Shown in pieces: positions 26,293 to 39,230 of a stretch of DNA of 64,000 bases. Made by a program: the position numbers and the translations under genes. Under the pieces are notes generated by a model. It saw nothing but the letters and a program-made list of their open reading frames with translations. It was not told where the DNA came from and searched no databases. This DNA is from Balanoglossus misakiensis (lineage: Eukaryota > Animalia > Hemichordata), in the NCBI GenBank assembly GCA_040954595.2, contig CM082593.2:5721434-5785433 (forward strand), read 5' to 3'. How positions within the stretch are numbered: the first letter of the stretch is position 1; each line of letters begins with the position of its first letter.

Positions 26293-29200
26293 CTGCAATG
26301 AATGAAACAAAATGTATATTTTAACTGTGCTGTCATGTTAATTTCAAGATGAATATCCAGAGAAAGAAAAATCCTCATATCAGATTGTTTCTGATTTCTT
26401 AATAAATAAATTGGAATTTTGTCCCATATGCTTTCTGTAAAATTCTTGCAAGAATTGTTCACATGTAAAGTGGTGAATGGATCACGAACCACATGACAGA
26501 TTTCACAAATGTGTAAAAATGTTATACAATAAGACTGTTGATGCAGATAGCCAAGTCAATGAAAGCAGCATGCACATGTAACAAAAAAATCATCAGCGAT
26601 GATAAAGTTCTGCAAGCAATTTTCATGCATTCTAAGTAAATACTAAAAGAAATGTGAAAAAAAGTAAAATGAACAAGGGACCAAAAATCATGGGCATAAG
26701 CTAAAGCTACATCTTAATGCTAATTGAAAGCCAAAACAGGGTAGCAATTTCCCACAGGATACTTATATGTCTAACACAGAACGATTCAATTGTACCTGGT
26801 TCTTTGATAAAAGTTGGTTTTGGAATTTCTGCTAAGGGAGGTAACTCTTCGTTCTTTCTCTGATCTTGTTGGCTACCTAACTGGGCAATCCACATTTCAG
26901 TCTTTTGTAAGGCTGAGGAGCAGTTCTTTTGATGGGACTGTAGCAAAGCTGAAAAATGAGTGAGAGAAAAGAATCACTTCAGTCATTGATGCTGTCAGCC
27001 CGGCCTATCATGACTCAGAACTGCCGCAGCTTTTGATTGGCTTCTGCGGGGCATTTAGTTTGGAGACAGCCAATCGGAATTCAGTTCAGATGGCTGCATG
27101 GATAAGATGGAACCAGGATAATATTAAGCCACAATGTTCTTTTTTTCTTTTAGGATTTAGCAGTCCGTGCCAAAAATACACTTAATTTGTCATGACAGAT
27201 TTATGACATGATGCCTATGTATTATATCAATAAAAGACCAATTTTTTTAAAATTAATATTAAATGTTATGATTTGCCATGATCTAGTCTGATTATGTGTG
27301 TATACTTACATGTACTTAGTGGCAGATAGTTAGTTCCTGTTTTGAGTTCAAACAAAATGTCATCACCATTTATACCATTTATCGGGGAGCTTCGTGTTGG
27401 ACTGTCTTTGATCATCTCATCCACCATCTTTAGGAGAGAATGAACAACAAACATATGTCAGATTTGTGATTTAAAAATTGTAGTAGATATACTTAATTTT
27501 TCTCTAATAGGCTGTTGTATTAAAGTGCCAATGCTCGATCCTGCATACATCTGAACAGTGGTGATATTTGCTACATTCCCTTTGATACATTTTGGTTAGA
27601 TCTTTGTTACATTGTTGCAAACTAGTCTTTGATTACATTTTTCATTATGACACATTGTTGCAAACTCTAGTTTTTTCTTTGTATTTTGATCAGGTTTATT
27701 GTTACATTGTTGAAAACTGCTACTGTTTGAACTATTTGGGTTGAATTATGTTACATTGTTGCAAACTGACATGCACGCCTTTTGTTTCAGATCACAGATA
27801 TTTACCTCAACAACTTCATCATCTGTTGGTATACTGCCTGAACTGTTACTTCCCGCTGTGAAGATAAAATATTCAACATAAAAATGTAGGAATTGCCTCT
27901 GTTGACATTTCTGTAATTGTGATTTTATTATTCTGTTGTAACTTTGTGATGTTGATGGAATGTTTCATCTGGATTTATTTTGAGGGTTTAATATTTATCT
28001 GGATTTATTTATTTTAATTTATTTTGAGATATGTGGTTATAGGCAGATTCTCACCATCGTCATCTGTATGCATATTGTACTCAAAGTTGTCTGTCTGTCC
28101 TTCCGTTTTGATATGGCCATGGGGCGCTGACATCAGCTGAGATGTGATTGGAGAAGGAATTGGTGAAATCATCTGGGCTGTACTAGTGGTGATTAGTGGT
28201 ACGGGCAGTGGTGCGAACCCACTGACTGTTGCAGAGGGAGCGGTGAAGCCTGCCGACTGTGGGGGTGTAGGGTACGGATTGTAGGGGCTGTATGTGTCTG
28301 GCTGCGTCATGGCTGTCGTTGTGGGTTGTGGCCACTGTTTCTCATCTGGATCTGCAAAGAAGGAAAAGAACAACAATCTGTCAGTGACACAGAGAACACC
28401 ACTCTTAAATGCATGTTGTTAATTAAAAGTTATTTTTCGGACAACTAACTGAAATTCATCCACTTGTCAGACCACATCAGATGATATATTTTCTTATAAC
28501 TGGCATTTTCTTTCTAACTTTATTCTATACACAACACATGTAGTGTAATCTGACTGAAGACAATTTGGACTATTTCAGTTACCACAGATCTTCAAGTATA
28601 CAGTAAAAAGTAAAGCTGGACAAAGTCACTATTCAGTCATGCACATTACTTTGCTCAGCTGTGTCCCTTTAAACCTAACAGCTTTTAAATTGTAAAGGCG
28701 AAGTTGTTTATCATTATTTTTAAAACCAAGTGGGCCAAGGCCTAAGTGTTAAAGATCCCTATTTAATTTCATGCATTCTGTATTTGCAATCATGCTTGTC
28801 GACGGAATGCGCCATGTTTATCTAATTGACATCACATGACGCTGCACCACCCACACACGAACAATGGTTTACTCCAGTTTCCCACCCTCCCATCGAGGGC
28901 ACTTCCAAATTTGGTCAAGTGTGGGGGTGGGTGGATTTCTGAGGCATTGGGTCAAGCGCTGAAACTCAGGAATTTGACAAACAGTTGGCTGTTCACGACA
29001 AACTGAAGCATACTTGGCCGTACCAGTAATAAAATTCAATCCGGACAGTCGAATTTTATCTGGTAGGCAACAATGCACTTTTTTCAAAAATTAACTAAAT
29101 TTTCAACACTTTTTGGAAACATCTGATCGTTTGAAACTAACGGTTGGCAAACGATTCAATAGATTTGCTATCTTGGCACTATCTTTGTACTGCATTTGTT

Positions 29201-32200
29201 TTTCTTGACTTCTGACCGAACGATAAACCCGTGATAAATCACCTGTGACGAAATATTTAGGGGAGATGCATTTCCGGAAACTTCTATATAAGGACAACAC
29301 CACAGTTAACGAACTTCCCTGACAGCACCTTCCCATCATCCTTTCGAAATTTATTGCCCCGACACACCCAATACATAAAACCAGCACAGTCGGACGACTT
29401 GGCATAAAGATACTGAATTTTAATTTTTGTTGTTGATATATTAAATGCAAATCCACTACCTAAATGATGAAATGAGGAAATAGAAAGAGAAATTTCCATG
29501 ACGACCAAACCCATGCGATCCTGAAGTCTGTTTTTCAAAATCGTTTCCCACATTCACTTATAAATATGTTGTCTGGGATTTTAAAAAATATCGTACAAAT
29601 CACGGGGCTCTATTCTCACAATTTCTGTCACTGCAGTCAATCTCTTGGCATCGTTCATCCATATTCTGTTGAGAAAGCCAGGCTCACGCGTTTTTTCATT
29701 AAATTAAAGTCATAGTGCACCTCAGACATTCTGCTGATAGATCGGAGTAAACATTTCTGCGCCTTACCGATTTCTAACTCCACTTGACTTCCAACTTCGT
29801 CGTCAAACTCCTCCTCTTCGACTTCTGTCTTCACCCGCGGCGTTTCATCCTCAAACCGTCCTGTTTCGCGTGACATCGATCTCGTCCTTGGTCGAAGAAC
29901 CTGTCCGGATTACACAGAGAATGAAACCGTTGTAGTACATTGTAGTACACCATGCGAAATTGAACTTAAGAAGTCACGAATTAACGATGCATGTCCGACT
30001 CAGTGTATATAAAAACATTAAAACCTTCGAATTATCTACTAAAAAGCCCGTTTTACCACAGAGAATCTTTAAAGACGACTTTTCTCAGTCACGAGCTTGT
30101 CGGACCAATTCTCATTCCACCGTTCACATTCTCGTTTCCCGCTGTTCTGATATGTTTTAACCTCCGACTATCGCATTTTGTTTAGGCGAAGGCTTCAGTA
30201 AAAAGCTGAGAATTCCAAATTAATAATGCGCACAGATGGAAAGTTCACATTTTTTCAGTAATTAAGCAACACAGAATGATGAAGATTTATGTCAAATTAT
30301 CATTTTGAACATTCATTTCGTACTCTGTTGCGTCAAGGTATATCTGCGCAAAAGAATACTCAATTAATAGCGATGGTTATATCGTATAAATTGGAAAATA
30401 CCAGCCTACATTTTCGAGAACCGTGTAAAGGAACTGGGTATGAAGTTTCACAGTGGGCCACATTTTGGACATGAATCGACAGTTCTAGCGGCTATGGGCG
30501 CTTTAACTTGTAATTTCATGGCAGTTTGAGGTTTATATCTGGCGATTTTCGGAACCCGGGGGTAAAATGCCACCTGTTGCGACCTCAAAACAGGCTGCAG
30601 TATCAAACTCACAGCGTTGAAGAAAATACTGGTCTGGAGACGACGGAATAGTCAAATGCCAATACTACACAATCTCGTACGAAATGCAAAATAAAATAGA
30701 AGTACATTTTACTTACATTATCTGTTGTTGAAGTTTTGTGTTTATTATTCCTCAGGTAACTACTTGCTCTCTCGTTGGTCCTTGTTGAAGATTTTGTAGA
30801 TTTCATTTGAGAAGCGACTGTACAGAAAAGAAACATAATTTGTTTGTTTGTTAGAATATGGTCGCATAAATACTTAGCTTACACAGCTTCCCGATTGGTT
30901 CGGGAGAGTTAGTGAAGATTGTCAGTTGCGACAACAGAAAACAGCCATTTGGAGACAATTTCGCTCTCTCATTCAAAATTTCGCAAGACGACCCCTATTT
31001 TTTTTTATTCTCAATTTGTAGAGAGATGAATCCAAAGTTGCCTTATGCAAAATATGAAAAAAAAAGTTTAAGACTTCAGATTTTCGAGGCGTATTTTAAG
31101 TTCACGATTCAATTGAAGAAACTAGAAGTCACAGCCCGTCGTAACTTTACAGTTAAATCAGACACATAGAAAAATCTCTCTTTCGAAGGTATAAAGATGG
31201 CATTGTCTTTATTGATAGAGCAAGCTATCATGCGTGTGGACGTGTATGTTTTACCAGATGTGTTTAGGGTACGTGCGGTGTAATTCTCCACGGCGAGAAC
31301 GCGATATGAAAGGCGATCAATGGACGGCGGTTCTCGTGACACAAAGTCCGGGGGATACCAACCCACGCTTTATAACATGTGACACTGCTGCCTCTATCCT
31401 TTCTCTTCTTTTTAAAATCTCGCTATTCAGGAATGTTTGCCACCGCCACCGCAAAATGACGTCATTCCCTGTGGTGGTCTCTCAACATCTCATCCCTGGA
31501 ATCTAGCTAAACGAATTCTAGAAAACCCCGCGGTCGAAAATCGGCGAGAGCAACTTTGCACCGACTCGATCCCGGGTCAACCACTCTAAATATGCAGTAC
31601 TGTGATTATCTGGTACTGAAATTAGTTCTTCTCGGCTATAATGTGGCGACTGCCCTAGCTGTAGAGCTGCATCTAAGGCAAACTGGCTCGAGAAATTGAC
31701 CGAAACGTCGTTTTTGAGCAGACTTATATCACTATTACTACGTACACCGATAAGATGAAAATTTCATGTTTGTGCCTGTACGCGTACGACCACACCCCCA
31801 CCACCACATGTGGCGAAGTTGGTGTGGCCGATACAATCATCGAACGTCGGACCACCGAACCGCATGATTCCAGTTCGTGCGACCAATACTCACGTTTTCG
31901 TTTCCTTTCGGCTTGTTTCCTTGGTAACATTTTGTAAACCTTATAAGCATTGCTTCCCTTTCTTTGGCTCATTTTCGTCATTTCTTGTATGTCTGGAAGC
32001 GAGTTGAGGGCGCATCGGAAGTTGGCTTTCCACGTCTTGGGGTTTGCCTTTTCGCCGTTGTCTCGGCAGTACTTTCCTGTATGAGAGGGAGAGTCATGTC
32101 ATATACTGGTCGTTCAGCCTTATTTCATGGACAAAGTTTTGCCCGTGATAAAAACTACGAAGACAACGCTGTATTGAAACCATAGCAACACTATATGCAC

Positions 32201-32596
32201 TGGGAAGAAGGCAACAGTCTTGTTTGAAACTACAGCCTAACAGGTGTTATAGTCAACGGTCTTTGAAACTGGGGGTGTTATTAAAACATGTACTAGTAAG
32301 TCCGGTTTTCTCTTGAATCGACCAGACCGAAATAGCACTGAACTTCAGCACTGAACTTCAGACATGATTATCTCACCTGTGTGTATAGCCCATTCCTTGA
32401 ACAGACCGGCGTCTTTTTCCTTGTCCCAGCCGTGTCGGGCTGCGTGCTTCCAAGGAATGCGAAACGTCGCCTTGTTCTTGTCCAGCCATTCGAATCCCGG
32501 GATGCTCCGGGAATCCAGTTGTTTCTCCAGCCACGCCCGCATACGGAGCCGCTCCGTGGCCTTCGGCGAACTTTGCGTCGACATCAAAATCGGCAT
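26192..32596 (-). CDS. IRF2: Interferon regulatory factor 1/2-like gene, 9 coding exons, ~429 aa
   Basis: Five-Trp IRF DNA-binding domain of the IRF1/2 type. Exons 32596-32377, 32076-31894, 30817-30717, 29900-29768, 28351-28055, 27855-27806, 27427-27376, 26948-26796 and 26292-26192 join with GT-AG introns and matching phases (1290 nt). IRF1 versus IRF2 orthology cannot be resolved by eye. Confidence 0.88.
26796..26948 (-). CDS. IRF2: IRF1/2-like coding exon 8
   Basis: [51 protein letters not shown]. Acceptor ATTTTTCAG, donor GTACAA; phases 1 to 1. Confidence 0.75.
27376..27427 (-). CDS. IRF2: IRF1/2-like coding exon 7 (donor ambiguous: 27376 or 27367)
   Basis: [17 protein letters not shown]. 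Acceptor TTCTCTCCTAAAG; two weak phase-1 donors 9 nt apart. Confidence 0.65.
27570..27770. repeat. Degenerate intronic minisatellite
   Basis: ACATTGTTG(C/A)AAACT recurs at ~27609, 27652, 27704 and 27753 (43-52 bp spacing). Confidence 0.7.
27806..27855 (-). CDS. IRF2: IRF1/2-like coding exon 6
   Basis: [17 protein letters not shown]. Acceptor TCTTCACAG, donor GTAAAT; phases 1 to 0. Confidence 0.75.
28055..28351 (-). CDS. IRF2: IRF1/2-like coding exon 5 (Pro/Ser/Thr-rich)
   Basis: [15 protein letters not shown]...[20 protein letters not shown]. Acceptor TTCTTTGCAG, donor GTGAGA; phases 1 to 1. Confidence 0.85.
29768..29900 (-). CDS. IRF2: IRF1/2-like coding exon 4 (acidic)
   Basis: [44 protein letters not shown]. 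Donor GTAAGG; phases 0 to 1. Confidence 0.82.
30717..30817 (-). CDS. IRF2: IRF1/2-like coding exon 3
   Basis: [34 protein letters not shown]. Acceptor TTTTCTGTACAG, donor GTAAGT; phases 1 to 0 fit the neighbouring exons. Confidence 0.8.
31894..32076 (-). CDS. IRF2: IRF1/2-like coding exon 2 (C-terminal half of the DNA-binding domain plus basic NLS)
   Basis: [61 protein letters not shown]. Acceptor CTCTCATACAG, donor GTGAGT. Confidence 0.95.
32377..32596 (-). CDS. IRF2: IRF1/2-like coding exon 1 (N-terminal half of the DNA-binding domain)
   Basis: [74 protein letters not shown]. Acceptor TTCTTGTAG ends at 32608; donor GTGAGA, phase 1. Confidence 0.95.
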
Positions 32597-34481
32597 AGGG
32601 GAAACCACTACAAGAAATAGAGAACAAGTTGAACTCGCATATGTAAAATGGGGACAATTTCTTAAAGTTTTTTGATAACAGATTTACTCCATCTTTATAT
32701 TTTAAAATAAGAACGGATGGTTGTAAACTAGTGAAATATTATAACATTTATATACTGAACCAAATAAATCTAATACAAGAAGGAATGAGAGGACGGGAAC
32801 TGTATTGCCTTTTAAAACGTGTACACATAGCTGTAACTGACTTGGTGATGATTATTTCGCCCCAAGCCAAAATTTTCCTTGTAATAAACAAATTGAATCT
32901 TTTTTTTCAAAAGTGGACAGTTTCTGTACATTCCGGTGAACTGGCTTTTGGGACTAACAGAGCAACTCAAAGGATGTGGAGGACCCGTCTGGTGCAGGGT
33001 TTGAACTTGTAAAAAAGTGTTTGAAGTAGCGGGGATTGTGTGAGTGGCATGTCCATCCACGTTACGTTGGAGTGAAGTGATTGCCCAATAACGGTAGCCA
33101 ACCAATGTTTGTAGACCAACAAACCGCGCAGTGATTGCTAGCAACGGCAGCCATGTTTCAAATAAGGCGAGCATTTTTGATAGGCCAGACGTTAGAATTA
33201 CGCCATAGACCCCATGTTTGTACTAAGAACACGACAGGCTTTCATGAATGAATGCCCAGTTCTTTCAACTTTTCTCGTCTCTGCATAGCTGTGCCTCATT
33301 GTATTGTAAGACTCTTTCGAAATCACGTAACGATCTTAAAAGGAAATCTCGGGGTCTCCGCACAGTCAACACGGATTGCATGGGCGTTTTCTAGTCACAT
33401 GTTCAGCTAAACACCACTGCGCATATACATTAGTAAAGTCGGGACTATTGCTACGACTGAAAAATAAATTACACTCAAATGAAGTTGATATGGAGGGTGG
33501 GGGGGGGGGGGGGGTCGATTCAACAAACGCAAAACGCACGCGCACAATTATCCACCAAAAACGATTTCGGCTAATTCTTGACAGAGGGTAATACACCCAG
33601 TAGCCTAGTTCCAAGGCGTATCCAGAGCAATACAAATATTAAATTTAATGGTGCGTGATTACTTTTGGGAATAGTACCTGTAATTACATTTTGAGCCAAT
33701 TAATAATAAAGATGTCGCCAGTTAGAGAACTGTAGTAAACTTCAATGAGCGGATTCCCAAAGCGCGTGACCATATATACTGTGACAGTCATCTTGTGTGG
33801 GCAGTGAGACGGAGTTACTTTGCTTCAAGGAATTGATCGATCGATAACTGGATTGCGAATCTCTAGGATTCGCGGGGGTGTACATGGACAATATCTATCC
33901 CGCGAAAGTGTCCCAGTTATCCTTGTAGACGCTAAGTTGTACCTTACTTAACTTTCAAGTAAAGCGAGTGCGCCTGTACAACAGTAGCCGGGCCCGTAAC
34001 GCGCATGTATGGGCCTGTGCTCAGCCAGCGCGACGAACTTCACACACGCGCGTGCGGTTTTGCGGGAATGACAAACCGGTGACTCATCCAAACTGATCTG
34101 AAAAGGGATATTCCAGGTACCTCCAAAGTCAGCTGACCAAACTAGTCTCACTTTTAAAAACCAAAAGTACATTTTCCAGTGAAGCAATACTACTACCACT
34201 GCGCCCCAGTTGTCATAAATGCATGTTGTCGCCGCGCAGGCTTCCTTCGAACATGCGGACGCCATCTTGCAATTGCCCACAAGTTCTAAAACGACTGATA
34301 ATCGTCAAAGAATTATGAATGATATATTTTACATTTCTGGTTGAACCCCAAGAATATGATAATATCCTAGAATTCGACGTTCTTGTTTGAATCTGGCACA
34401 AAAAAGTGTCGAAAACTATTAAAAGTGAAATATTGCAAGCCTAGACGAAAATTACACACTATTCTCAAAACCCATACTTAC

Positions 34482-34910
34482 CGAACTGACAAAAATACGG
34501 AAAATATGAAAAATTCATCATGATGAAACGTTTTTTGAAAGTCCAACGAAGAAAAATTTGCAGTGACGCAAACTTGCTACTGACTAGTACAGGTTTGCAA
34601 AGCGAGTATCGCTATCCACCACCTCTGGTTAGCGCAACCGATATCAGTGATCTAACCGTAACCAAGCCGAAGTCGGACGCTTCTATGGCACTTGTCAGAG
34701 CGATTTTCTTTCCGGTCGGCGTGGGTGGACATATTGTTATCGCCCACGCACCTAATAACTCCGATATTGTCTTCTGCCATACTTCGCCTTCAAACCAGAA
34801 GACCATTTCCATATTGGGAAACCGGTTCACCATCCCCTTTCTGCTGATTGGTCAACGTATGAAGGCTCGTAATATCCCCGTCCAGCCATTGGCCATTTCA
34901 CCCACGTGAT
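34482..34910 (-). promoter_or_regulatory. Candidate proximal promoter and non-coding first exon of the IRF gene
   Basis: Consensus donor CG|GTAAGT at 34482/34481. CCAAT boxes at ~34847 and ~34888, CACGTG at ~34903. The ATG-bearing exon has an acceptor, so an upstream exon is required. Confidence 0.5.
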
Positions 34911-37900
34911 CCCATCGACGTATGTAGGTCACTGCTTAAGTCTCTGCCTCCCAAGTTTTGCGCCCCTCTGCTAAAGGAAATAGAATCGCCTACACGATTC
35001 GTCCTATATACATGTCCTGCTGATCCGATATACTAGAAGCAACCTGTTGTAATTTGGCTCATTCCATGTGAGCGCAAAATACTTTTGAAGGGGTGTGCAC
35101 GGTGGGAGAGGGGGGTACAACTTTTTGGTTCATTCACTGGTCAGTGGCACACTTTTTGTGTGTGGACTGCACGTATACAAGATTAAATCAAGTTAACGTC
35201 AAAAGAAGACCTCCTCACAATATGACAATCTGTGGTTTGCGTGGCCACAGTTACATTCATAGCATCAACCGCACCAGAAAGTTAAACTAAACATTTTTTC
35301 GGGACTTTTTTAACCCGCAAAGAAAGCGAAGCGCAGTCAAGATGGCCGTAGCGACAGTGTATACATGTGTATGTAAACACTACAGAAGAATGGACGCGTT
35401 ATTTTAAGTGCTAGCCGAAGAACTCGCTCATGCCTCCTCAACATCTTAACGTCAAATCTCAAACTCTTGGGCTAACACACACGGAAACCCTACTTTCTAC
35501 TTAAAACATTGTGTATATACATTATACGTCCAGACTTGGAAGACATTTTGGAGACATTTTAATCTCCTAGCGCTGATCTAGTCACGTGGTCTGGTAAAAG
35601 GTACGGCGATAAGCATCACAGCACGTCACAACACACCACACCATATCGCATCACGATTTTAGTCTCGCGGGAACACTGAATGGAGACTTATTTAACATAG
35701 CGATGCGCGTGTTTGAACATCAGTGCCAATGTCCGACCTAATTACAGGTGATCAGCACTATTTATTATTAACACACAAACAGTCGTTCCGCGGTTCATAA
35801 CATCATAGTGCACGAAGATATAGTGTCATCCAAAAATTAATTATTAAACTGTCAGGAACTGACTGTCACTGTCGGGATGAATTAGAGTCACGTGACCCAC
35901 TCCGCATATTTCACTGTCGCCAGAGAACAGCACGGTTAGTGGGTTAATCATGGGAACATTTATTAATTGACGCGACAATCAATTTCACCAATTAACGGAG
36001 ACGAAAGGCCCAGGGCTTTTCCGGTTGCCTGTCCTTCACCCATAGTCGCCGCGTGAGATAGTCACGATGAATGTGACATATATTATCGGAGGATTATTCT
36101 CTGTAGATTTTACAAGATGTAATAAAGTATTCTGACGTCACGTGATATGGTTTTGGTCATATGTAATTGATTTTCTGCTGCGTTTTTGTCTCGTTTGGAA
36201 ATGCATCGTCCATACGGGACAGGGATGGGCGGACTCTGACGAACAGTTTTAGAATCACTCATTTCAATCATTCTGTAAGTTTCAATCATTTGTTAATACG
36301 TGAAGACTACTTTCAGTTATAAATATGAATATGAAGAAACAAACAGGTAGACTTCTGGTTATTGTTGTTGACATCGTACCCTACATCTGACACAAATCAA
36401 CAAACTGAGACAAGGAGACAACCGATATATATCATTTTGAGTTATGATAATTACACCTCAGTGTCGTGGGCATCCGAAAGAACATATAATGACAAAGGAG
36501 GGCTGTTGTTTCGCTTCACAAATTCCTCTGTGAAATTCTCTACTCTTTTTCCACGGAGTTTGTACACAAATTTCACAAAGTCGCGCAAAGGTATGACAAA
36601 AGGAGGTTTTTCGGACAGAGTGGATATGTAGGTCGAGTATTTGTTCCGACTGGTTGATCAACGTACTGGTGTTGTACTGAATATTGCGCGACAAGCTATA
36701 CTCGACTTGTGAACAAAGTCTTGTCTCTTGTACCCAGCTGAATTTTAAGTCCGGAGATACTAGTAAATTCGACTGTCAACGACAACAGCGCGTTTATACA
36801 TGTAAAGACTTGTAGGTGAAGTCGGAAATACTGGTATTTTCAACATGATTTAGAACTATCTTGCGATAACAGCTATGATACTACACAGTTACTCTGAAAT
36901 ATTGTCAAATGTTAAAGTTTCATCCATGTCCTGTTTGGTTGACAGTTAACCAACCCGGATGATGTTGGTGGGAAAGGATTCGCCTTTTAAACGGCGGGTT
37001 TAAATCAGGGGGCGATTCACAAAGCTGCAAATTGATCTGGCTCTGCGACAAGACGATCATTCGACGTTCTCGGGACCCCACTCCGATTCAGTGCTCATTT
37101 GCATAACAACGGACAGCTATTAATACACCGTCTTTACATACTTTCCTTTGTTGGGCTAGCCTTAGGGAGAGAGATTCTTCCCACAGGTGAAATGTGACGT
37201 CACTAATATCATGTAAGAGACTTTGGCATGATGCCAAGTCACGTAGACATCTGTCTGAGCTGAACCTTCCTGACATAATTTCTGGTTATGTCATGTCAAG
37301 GGATATTTCAATTTTTAATCAATAGGATTTAGCCATACTAAAGAGTATCAAACTCTAAATATATTCCGACATTATACACGACATATGTGTTATCAACCAC
37401 GCTACGAGGGGGGGGGGTCTTGCACGGGTCAGATTTGGCAATTTTTGTCACGGCTGTACATGTAGATACAGTAGTACATAATTCCATGGGGGTTTCCAGG
37501 ATGACATCGGTTGAGTAAAGAGAGCTATACAATAAACGATATGCCAAACATCAATATCCTGATGACCTTTAAAAGTGAATTCGTTTCTCCAATCAGCGTT
37601 GAGGGCGTTACGTTCAGTTTCAGCCATGGTTACCATACCATGACCGCGAAATTGGTTGGGTAAATAAAACGTACGAAATACCACACGCCATCAATTGCTG
37701 GCGCTCGTCAACCAGTGACATCCTCTTCCGACATCAACTCTGACCTTAAATGTGACCTTAGAATGATATGTGTGATTTTCAAGCAGTAAACAAACAAAAA
37801 CAAAAAACTAACGAAGCAATAGTGCAGCGCGCGTTAACTACCTAAATTGACTGCAATTTTCGCATTATCCTATATTACAATGATGTTTTATATTAAACGA

Positions 37901-38430
37901 ATTTTAAGTTGTACACGTACAATAAGACAAACGTACAGTTGTGACTAATGACAAAGCAAAGCTGGGCAACAATACTTCTGGCGAACATGGCCAAAACAGA
38001 CGTTCTTGACCAGAACAAAAATTTCAAACATGGAAGGAATGGCAAATGTGATACATTGCATGTTAAAACCCTTTCCTATATATTGGAAATATGATATATT
38101 ACCCCCGTAAAGCTAGCGATCTACTGCAAACATTAATATTATGTTTTACTAGTATCGAAAAGGTTTATTAGTAATCCCGTTTTATTCCCCTCACATACGC
38201 GCTTTGTTTGACCAGCGATCAGTTGTGAGCAATCGTCTAAATACCGCATTTCCTAAGTTCTTTTACAACATTTTTTTCTGAGAACAGAGTCAAGAATCAT
38301 ACCTCGGGTCCATACTTGAAGCTATCCAACGGATATTTAAACCTTGCTGATTTTTCCATGCTTTTTCGCAGCGCCGGCCTTGGAATAAAACAGGCGTCAT
38401 TTTCCTGGCTCTCGTCCCGTGTACACTACC

Positions 38431-38508
38431 AGAGCTCCAGCCGTTCGTGACTGAGACACGATCGCGTCCTGTCACATTTGCAGCAAAGTGACGAACGGCT
38501 GGAGCTCT
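38431..38508. repeat. Inverted repeat/hairpin, 22-bp arms (1 mismatch), 34-nt spacer
   Basis: AGAGCTCCAGCCGTTCGTGACT ... AGTGACGAACGGCTGGAGCTCT. Confidence 0.9.
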
Positions 38509-39185
38509 TAAGAGTTCAGAACGTCGAAATCCTCAGATAATCCGTAAAATGCCAATTGCTTTAGCCCCCAGTTTGGGCGAAGTCTTAAAATAATCGAGCC
38601 AGGGTCGCTTTTCGTTGCTGTGACGTCACAAGGATACGGGTTTCGAGGTCGTATCGGGAGAAAATTTACATACCGCCGCAGCGCATGCGCACATAGTAAT
38701 TCTCTGAATTCTGTGAATTCCAGGGCAAGGCTTTTCTACGTAACATGGGGAAAACCCTATTCCTGGTAACTGGAGTGAATTGAATTCCACGATTAAAATA
38801 AACGCAGTGGATTTACAGCTCACGTTTTTCCGAGTAAAGCGCGCCCCTGGAAAGAACAATTCACTGGAAATTATCTAATTTTCTTCCAAAAGAGCATGTG
38901 ATGGCGAATCTCGCACTCGGTACGCAGTGGACGAATGCTCGTTTTACTGTGCGTTGGTTCGTACGTGGACTTGCTGGTTGAGTAAAATTTGGCGCGGTAG
39001 GTCTGGGCTCGACTGCCGTGAGTTAAAATACAACTTGATTCCATACAACGCATGAAGACAAGTACTTCTGGGACATAATGATGCATGATGAATCGGGCGA
39101 TCTTACTCAGCGCTGTCGTACGACTAGGCTGCAGGCGCGAGATGGACTTTTTGAATGTAAATGTATTTGTCTTTTAAAGATTAAC

Positions 39186-39230
39186 GTTTGTTTGTTTGTT
39201 TGTTTGGTTGTTTGTTTGTTTGTTTGTTTG
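39186..39230. repeat. (GTTT)n microsatellite
   Basis: About 11 near-perfect GTTT units. Confidence 0.95.
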
